Assembly (NCBI GenBank): GCA_051382335.1 | Contig: JBBCAX010000290.1 | Coordinates: 1-13,048 of the forward strand | Source of the DNA: Deltaproteobacteria bacterium TL4 | GTDB taxonomy: Bacteria > SAR324 > NAC60-12 | Direction: 5' to 3' | Length of the DNA: 13,048 nt | In this document: positions 7,664 to 13,048 of the stretch, one piece after another | Position numbering within the stretch: the stretch's first letter is position 1 | Layout: the number at the start of each line of letters is the position of its first letter | Translations under genes and position numbers: made by a program | Notes under the pieces: model-generated | The model's input: the letters and a program-made list of their open reading frames with translations, nothing else | Databases searched by the model: none | What the model was told of the DNA's origin: nothing

Positions 7664-9961
7664 ATGAATAAGAAATTAATCTCCGTGTTTTTTTTGTTGC
7701 TACTGAGTGCCTGCTCTTTGTTGGCGTCACCCGCTGATGAGAAAAAACGACTTCACGAGTTATTCAATCAAGGTGAAAAACAATTTGAACAAGGGCAGTT
7801 TGAACAGGCGGTTGACTCCTGGAAACGAGTCGTTACCCTCTCAGAAAAGATGGAACCTCCTGAATTTCAAGTTCAAGCCATGATTCGATTGGCAACCGCC
7901 TACCAGTTTATGGGATTTTATCAGCAAACACTGGATGTTCTAGGGACAGCACTAAGCTTGGAAGGGACGAACGGAAGATCGAAACAGTATCCTCTGCTGT
8001 TAAGTCGTCTTGGCGATGTGTATTTAGCTTTGGGAGAAGTACAACACGCGGAAGCGTCATTAGCGAAGGCGATTGAACTCGCGCGTCAAAATGAGCAGGG
8101 ATCGATATTGGCCAGAGCGTTGAATAACCTGGGCAATGTATTCACGGTACAAAAATCGTTTGCCAAAGCCATCGAATCTTATGAAGAAGGTCTGGTGCTT
8201 GCCCAAAATGAAAAGGATGTATCGCTCCAATCCAAAATTCTCTTGAATATCAGTAGAACCCAGTTAAATCAGGGTGATGCCAACTCTGAAAAAACCTTGT
8301 TTCAAGCCAAGACGCTCCTGTTCCAGCTTCCTGAGTCATACAATAAAGCCCACCAACTTCTAACCTTAGGTACGCTGGCCCAACGAATCCAGACGGGAGT
8401 TTCGAGCACTGAATTGTCATCTGAGTTGCTAAACGTCTCTTATGAAGCGTTTACTCAGGCGGTAACCATCGCCAAAACCTTACAAAATAATCGCACCCTT
8501 TCTTTGGGAAAGGGGCTTTTAGGGGGCCTTTATGAAACGGAAAAACGTTTTCCCGAAGCACTACAATTGACTCAGCAAGCCATCTTTTTTGCTCAGCAGG
8601 AAAATGCCTTGGAGTTACTTTATCAATGGCAATGGCAAATGGGGCGACTGCTCAAAGCGGAAAAACACCTGGACGCCGCGATTCCTGTGTATCGGCAAGC
8701 CGTCTCCAATTTACAATTGATCAAACCTGAATTGAGCAAGGGAGGCCGACATACCTTCGAAAGTTTTCGTGAAAAAGTGGCACCGGTTTATTATGGATTG
8801 GCGGATCTCTTACTGCTTTATGCCGAAACCCTCATAACAACGGATCAAAAACAACAATATCTCCGCGAAGCCAGGGAAACGATAGAACTCCTGAAAACCG
8901 CGGAATTACAGGATTATTTTCAAGATGAATGTGTGACAGAATTCCAAAACAAAAATGTAACATTGGATACGCTTGCCGCTCACACTGCGGTCTTTTATCC
9001 GATACCGCTTCCTGACCGGATTGTTTTGTTGTTGAGTCTTCCTGATGGGATCAAACAGTTCTCAACGCCAGTCTCTGCTGAAACCTTGGGACAAGAAGTA
9101 AATTTGTTTCGGCAAAGTTTACAAACCAGAATTAATCGTCGATTTCTACGTTATGGACAGGAACTTTACCAATGGATTATCACGCCGCTGGAAGCCACGT
9201 TGCAAGAACATCAAATTCATACACTGGTCGTGGTTCCCGATGGAATGTTACGAACCATTCCCTTCTCAGCGTTGCATAGCGGGGAGCAGTATTTAATCGA
9301 AAAATACGCTGTTGCAACCAGTCCGGGGTTATCATTAACGGCCCCACAGCGCTTGAAGGCAGAGACCCAGGTGTTATTGAATGGCCTCTCCGAAAGTGTC
9401 CAAGGATTTCCCGCGTTGACCAATGTTTCTCAAGAATTGGACAGTATTCAAAAAATCAGTGGGGGGACCATCTTGCACGATCAGATGTTTTCCATTCCAA
9501 ATATGGATCGTGAGTTAAAAAATCATACTTATTCCATCCTCCATATCGCTTCTCATGGTCAATTTGGAAGTACTCCTGAAGACTCCTTTCTGCTGACCTA
9601 TGACAGTAAACTAACCATGAATCGGCTTTCACAGTTGCTCAGTGTGAGTCGTTTCCGGGAAAACCCTGTGGAACTGTTGACGCTCAGTGCGTGTCAAACG
9701 GCTATTGGAGATGATCGCGCGGCACTGGGGCTTGCGGGAGTCGCGGTAAAAGCCGGTGCACGTAGCGCGTTGGCGACCCTGTGGTTTGTTGATGATAGCT
9801 CGACTTCTCTGCTGATTACAGAATTTTACCGTCAACTACAAAACCCCATGATGTCAAAAGCCCAGGCTTTACAACAAGCACAAAAAACGTTACTGGAAGA
9901 AAGATTGTATCGACATCCAACCTACTGGGCCCCCTTTTTATTGATTGGAAATTGGTTATGA
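7664..9961 (+). CDS. Exported (probable lipoprotein) TPR + CHAT domain caspase-like cysteine protease, 765 aa
   Basis: N-terminus MNKK-hydrophobic-LSAC (lipobox, Cys17). TPR-like helices (LSRLGDVYLALG, ALNNLGNVF, LLGGLYE, WQWQMGRLL). CHAT motifs LVVVPDGMLRTIPFSAL, ILHIASHG (His631, 9554-9556), LTLSACQT (Cys677, 9692-9694), AGARSALATLWFVDD and HPTYWAPFLLIGNW. Confidence 0.93.
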   Translation: MNKKLISVFFLLLLSACSLLASPADEKKRLHELFNQGEKQFEQGQFEQAVDSWKRVVTLSEKMEPPEFQVQAMIRLATAYQFMGFYQQTLDVLGTALSLEGTNGRSKQYPLLLSRLGDVYLALGEVQHAEASLAKAIELARQNEQGSILARALNNLGNVFTVQKSFAKAIESYEEGLVLAQNEKDVSLQSKILLNISRTQLNQGDANSEKTLFQAKTLLFQLPESYNKAHQLLTLGTLAQRIQTGVSSTELSSELLNVSYEAFTQAVTIAKTLQNNRTLSLGKGLLGGLYETEKRFPEALQLTQQAIFFAQQENALELLYQWQWQMGRLLKAEKHLDAAIPVYRQAVSNLQLIKPELSKGGRHTFESFREKVAPVYYGLADLLLLYAETLITTDQKQQYLREARETIELLKTAELQDYFQDECVTEFQNKNVTLDTLAAHTAVFYPIPLPDRIVLLLSLPDGIKQFSTPVSAETLGQEVNLFRQSLQTRINRRFLRYGQELYQWIITPLEATLQEHQIHTLVVVPDGMLRTIPFSALHSGEQYLIEKYAVATSPGLSLTAPQRLKAETQVLLNGLSESVQGFPALTNVSQELDSIQKISGGTILHDQMFSIPNMDRELKNHTYSILHIASHGQFGSTPEDSFLLTYDSKLTMNRLSQLLSVSRFRENPVELLTLSACQTAIGDDRAALGLAGVAVKAGARSALATLWFVDDSSTSLLITEFYRQLQNPMMSKAQALQQAQKTLLEERLYRHPTYWAPFLLIGNWL

Positions 9962-12078
9962 ATGTTTCCAGACCCAAACGTTTTAAAATGAAACTTAGCG
10001 CTTCATGGCTGATGGCATTGTTGATCTCACAGCTTGTTTTTTTAAGCATCGTTGGCGGTCGTGCGACAGGCGTATTTCAACCCTTGGAACTCACAGTTTA
10101 TGATTTCATGCGTTGGTTTCAAGGGTTTAATAAAGCTCCTGATTCCCGTATTACCAGCATTTGGCTGACTGATGAAGACCAGCGCCAAATGGGTTGGCCC
10201 ATTCCGGATCAAGTGTTAGCCGAAATGTTTGAAATTCTCGAAAGTCATAGTCCCAAAGTGATTGGATTGGATCTTTACCGTGATTTACCTGTTCCTTCCA
10301 AAGATGGATCTTCTCATTATGCCCGCCTGGAAAAGCTGTTTAAGGAAAACGCCAATATTATTGGAATTACCAAGATTGCTGATAGCCGTGGGGCTTATGT
10401 GGCGCCGCCTCCCGCTTTAACAGGTACTGATCAAATAGGGTTTAATGATGTCCTCTCCGATGAGGGAATTATTCGCCGGGGTTTACTGTTTATGGATAAT
10501 GGCACCCAATATTATGAGTATTTCGGGTTGCGTCTTGCCCTGCGTTTTCTGGAGGACAAAGGGATTTCACTTCAACCTGTTGATGAAAAACAACCTGAGT
10601 TGGTGGGTTTGGGAAAATCAATTCTTTTTCCCATGGATAAAACCTTCGGCGGCTATGCTAAGCTTGATGCTGCGGGTTATCAATTTATGCTTGATTATCC
10701 AGGGGCTCCCACCCCTTTTCCAAGCTATACCCTCTCAGAAATTTTATCTAAACAGTTTGCCCCTGAGAGCATCAAAGATAAAATCATCATTATTGGAACC
10801 AATGCGGAAGGAACGCCTGATTTTTTCTATACCCCTTACAGTCGCTGGTTTGGAGGGGATCAACGCATGCCTGGTGCCGCCATTCACGCGTATGGAGTCA
10901 GTCAACTTTTACGTCTGGCCTTAGAGGGCGTTCCTCTACTGCGAAGTCTGAGCCCCACAGAAGAGTTATTCTGGATAGAGGCTTGGGCGGTGACCGGTGG
11001 CATCCTGTCCCTCTGGATGAGTTCGTTATGGCGCTTATTCTTTATGACATTTGCAGGAGGGGTTTTGGCTGTATTTCTGGGTTATGTCGCGTTTGCATAC
11101 TATCTATGGTTACCCGTCGTGCCTTCCTTACTTTCCTGGCTTCTAACCATCATCTTGATGATTTCTTATCATTCGGTTCGAGAACGGAAACAGAAAGGGT
11201 ATATCAAAGACATCTTTGGTTATTATTTATCTCCCAATATTGTTGAAGTCCTGGTCAATGAACCTTCCAAATTAAAACTGGGCGGAGAAAAAAGGGAAAT
11301 GACCGCTTTTTTTTCTGATATTCAAGGCTTTTCGACTATTTCTGAAAATTTGAATCCTGAAGAGCTAGTTGATTGGATTAATGTTTACCTCACGGAAATG
11401 TGCCAAATCATTGCCCGCTATGATGGAACTGTTGATAAATTTATTGGAGATGCTATTGTGGCATTCTGGAATGCCCCGTTGATTCAAGAGGATCATGCCA
11501 AACTGGCCTGTTTTGCCAGCCTGGAGATGCAGACACGTTTACAGGAATTGCGCCCTCAATGGCAGCAGAAGGGCTATCCTCTGATAAATGTACGCATTGG
11601 TCTCAATACGGGACCCATGGTTGTGGGGAATATGGGAGCCGCTAAACGGATGGATTATACGGTGATGGGGGACGCAGTAAACCTTGCTTCACGTTTGGAA
11701 GGAATCAACAAATTCTACAAAACCTATTTGATTATTTCAGAGTATACTTATGAAAAAGTCGAGGCTTTTGTAGATGTCAGGAAACTGGACACCATTCAAG
11801 TTGTTGGCAAAAATGAGCCAGTTACCATTTACCAATTGCTTGACAGAAAAAATGGAGTCAGTGGTATCCGGGCGGAGATGGTTGAGTCTTATCAACGGGG
11901 CTTTGAGTTCTATCAAAACTGGAATTTCTCTGCAGCGCTGATTTGTTTTGAGGCCGCATTAAAGCTCGATCCTGATGATGGCCCTTCTTCAGTTTTCGCA
12001 AAACGGTGTCGTGATTATATTCAGAACCCTCCTTTCAAAGGTTGGGATGGTGTCCATCGTCATACTCAAAAAGGCTAA
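9958..12078 (+). CDS. CHASE2-domain membrane adenylate cyclase (class III) with a C-terminal TPR-like segment, ~706 aa
   Basis: ATG at 9958 overlaps the CHAT stop (ATGA), so I prefer it to the track's TTG at 9952; ATG 9988 is an alternative. N-terminal TM helix. CHASE2 motifs (DSRITSI, GWPIPD, VIGLDLYRD, GIIRR, IKDKIIIIG, TPY, MPGAAIHA) followed by three hydrophobic helices. Cyclase motifs FSDIQGFS, DKFIGDA, DYTVMGDAVNLASRLE and VVGK. Confidence 0.93.
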   Translation: MNVSRPKRFKMKLSASWLMALLISQLVFLSIVGGRATGVFQPLELTVYDFMRWFQGFNKAPDSRITSIWLTDEDQRQMGWPIPDQVLAEMFEILESHSPKVIGLDLYRDLPVPSKDGSSHYARLEKLFKENANIIGITKIADSRGAYVAPPPALTGTDQIGFNDVLSDEGIIRRGLLFMDNGTQYYEYFGLRLALRFLEDKGISLQPVDEKQPELVGLGKSILFPMDKTFGGYAKLDAAGYQFMLDYPGAPTPFPSYTLSEILSKQFAPESIKDKIIIIGTNAEGTPDFFYTPYSRWFGGDQRMPGAAIHAYGVSQLLRLALEGVPLLRSLSPTEELFWIEAWAVTGGILSLWMSSLWRLFFMTFAGGVLAVFLGYVAFAYYLWLPVVPSLLSWLLTIILMISYHSVRERKQKGYIKDIFGYYLSPNIVEVLVNEPSKLKLGGEKREMTAFFSDIQGFSTISENLNPEELVDWINVYLTEMCQIIARYDGTVDKFIGDAIVAFWNAPLIQEDHAKLACFASLEMQTRLQELRPQWQQKGYPLINVRIGLNTGPMVVGNMGAAKRMDYTVMGDAVNLASRLEGINKFYKTYLIISEYTYEKVEAFVDVRKLDTIQVVGKNEPVTIYQLLDRKNGVSGIRAEMVESYQRGFEFYQNWNFSAALICFEAALKLDPDDGPSSVFAKRCRDYIQNPPFKGWDGVHRHTQKG

Positions 12079-12130
12079 TCCAAACTAGAGTTATCCTGAA
12101 GGGAGAGACCTTCTTATCAAAAGAATCTAT

Positions 12131-12136
12131 GAGGAG
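12131..12136 (+). promoter_or_regulatory. Shine-Dalgarno (GAGGAG) for the DUF928-like gene
   Basis: GAGGAG lies 5 nt upstream of ATG 12142. Confidence 0.75.
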
Positions 12137-12141
12137 ATATT

Positions 12142-12882
12142 ATGTCAGCGTCAATCAATTTTCATGCTCTAAAAATAATGCTAATGGCCCTTTGTACTGT
12201 TTGGGTGGGTACTTTAATCACCTCACCCCTTGAGGCCTCTGAACCCGGGAATGCGCCAAAAAAAGAAGAAAAAAAGATGATCAACTATCGGCCTCCAATG
12301 AGAGGAGTTCCTACCAGGCGTGTGGGCGGTGGTGTTCGTGGGACTGTCGGTGAAATTCCCCTGTTGGCATCCATCGCGCCCAGTCATATTGGCTTGACCA
12401 CACAATCGCAACCCACCTTATTCTGGTTCCTCTCTGCTCCCTGGAAAGAAGGCGTGGAATTTACGCTAAATGATTTAGATGGAATGGATCCCCTCCTTGA
12501 ATTGGACATTCACGTTAGCAAACCCGGATTCCAGCAAATAGTGCTTGCGGATCACCAGGTGAAATTAAAAGAAGGCGTGGAGTACGAATGGTTTGTGGCC
12601 TTAGTTCCTGACCCGGAACAACGCTCAGGTGATGTTATTGCCAGTGGAACCCTTAAATATACCAAACCCTCTGTTGAATTGTTAAAGCAGTTAGAGACGA
12701 CGCAGCCGAACGAACATCATCTCATCTATGCGGAAAATGGGATTTGGTATGATACCTTTAGTTTGCTTTCAGAACAGCTGCTCAAAGAACCCAATAATGA
12801 GGACCTAAAACAACAACGAATCATACTCTTGGACCAGGTTCAACTGGATAAAGTCCGGAACGCGATACAAAATCAACAGTAG
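12142..12882 (+). CDS. Exported DUF928-like protein, 246 aa
   Basis: Signal peptide (..SPLEA|SE) and a strong RBS. Motifs YRPP-x-RG-x-P-x-RRVGGGVRG, GLTTQSQPTLFWF, LKEGVEYEW and YAENGIWYD match what I recognise as DUF928. Its position beside CHASE2 and CHAT genes fits that family. Confidence 0.85.
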   Translation: MSASINFHALKIMLMALCTVWVGTLITSPLEASEPGNAPKKEEKKMINYRPPMRGVPTRRVGGGVRGTVGEIPLLASIAPSHIGLTTQSQPTLFWFLSAPWKEGVEFTLNDLDGMDPLLELDIHVSKPGFQQIVLADHQVKLKEGVEYEWFVALVPDPEQRSGDVIASGTLKYTKPSVELLKQLETTQPNEHHLIYAENGIWYDTFSLLSEQLLKEPNNEDLKQQRIILLDQVQLDKVRNAIQNQQ

Positions 12883-12896
12883 CAGAAATGTTTGCG

Positions 12897-12921
12897 TTCG
12901 TTCCCCGGGACGAAATCCGGG
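12897..12921 (+). terminator. Possible weak stem-loop after the last gene
   Basis: ttcgttc-cccg-ggacgaa (12897-12914; 7 bp including one G-U), with an alternative pairing of cccggga and tccggg (to 12921). It starts 15 nt after the stop. No U-tract follows, so it is not a canonical intrinsic terminator. Confidence 0.25.
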
Positions 12922-13048
12922 CTCCCATTTGCAATACCCGTGCATGAAATTAAATTCTACCGAAAGATGAGTGGTATGTAAAAATTGAAAAAACAGAAGA
13001 ATTGGATTGAATATGGCGGTGTTTCTCCCGTAAAGAGTTGTCTTTTTC

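Noticed and set aside
7688..7695. T8 tract in the CHAT signal peptide (also T8 at 11307-11314 and A7 near 157-163) as phase-variation sites
   Set aside because: The runs are short and explained by Phe/Leu or Lys codons; all frames are intact.
7664..9961. Anti-phage or CRISPR-associated (Craspase-like, gasdermin-linked) role for the CHAT protease
   Set aside because: The window has no CRISPR array, cas gene, gasdermin or NTPase sensor, and the protease has an export signal. A defence role is not excluded but nothing here supports it.
12098..12125. Small hairpins (gaagg/ccttc; ttctt/aagaa) between the cyclase and DUF928 genes
   Set aside because: The 5-bp stems are too weak to distinguish from chance.
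12883..13048. Possible gene fragments at the right edge (plus-strand LPKDEWYVKIEKTEELD*; minus-strand frames open about 30 codons or more from the edge)
   Set aside because: The plus-strand piece has in-frame stops just upstream and no start. The minus-strand frames cannot be told apart without flanking sequence.

Overview
One same-strand (+) five-gene cluster from a diderm bacterium fills the window. It comprises (1) a 1888-aa two-partner-secretion passenger (TpsA, filamentous-haemagglutinin-like beta-helix), (2) its TpsB/ShlB-FhaC outer-membrane transporter, (3) an exported, probably lipidated TPR-CHAT caspase-like cysteine protease with an intact His/Cys dyad, (4) a CHASE2-transmembrane class III adenylate cyclase with a full catalytic set, and (5) an exported DUF928-like protein. 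Every product targets the envelope. The best hypothesis is a surface-to-cytoplasm, proteolysis-coupled cAMP signalling system, or the reverse (regulated adhesin release); this is inference only. Three things are not shown by the ORF track. Bases 1-127 look like the 3' end of an ISKra4/ISLre2-type transposase plus its terminal inverted repeat, ending 8 bp before the tpsA ATG. TpsA carries six tandem 121/122-aa super-repeats, and its only two cysteines lie in the C-terminal tail. A ~94-bp nested palindrome separates the secretion genes from the signalling genes. All family calls come from motif recognition by eye; no searches were run.
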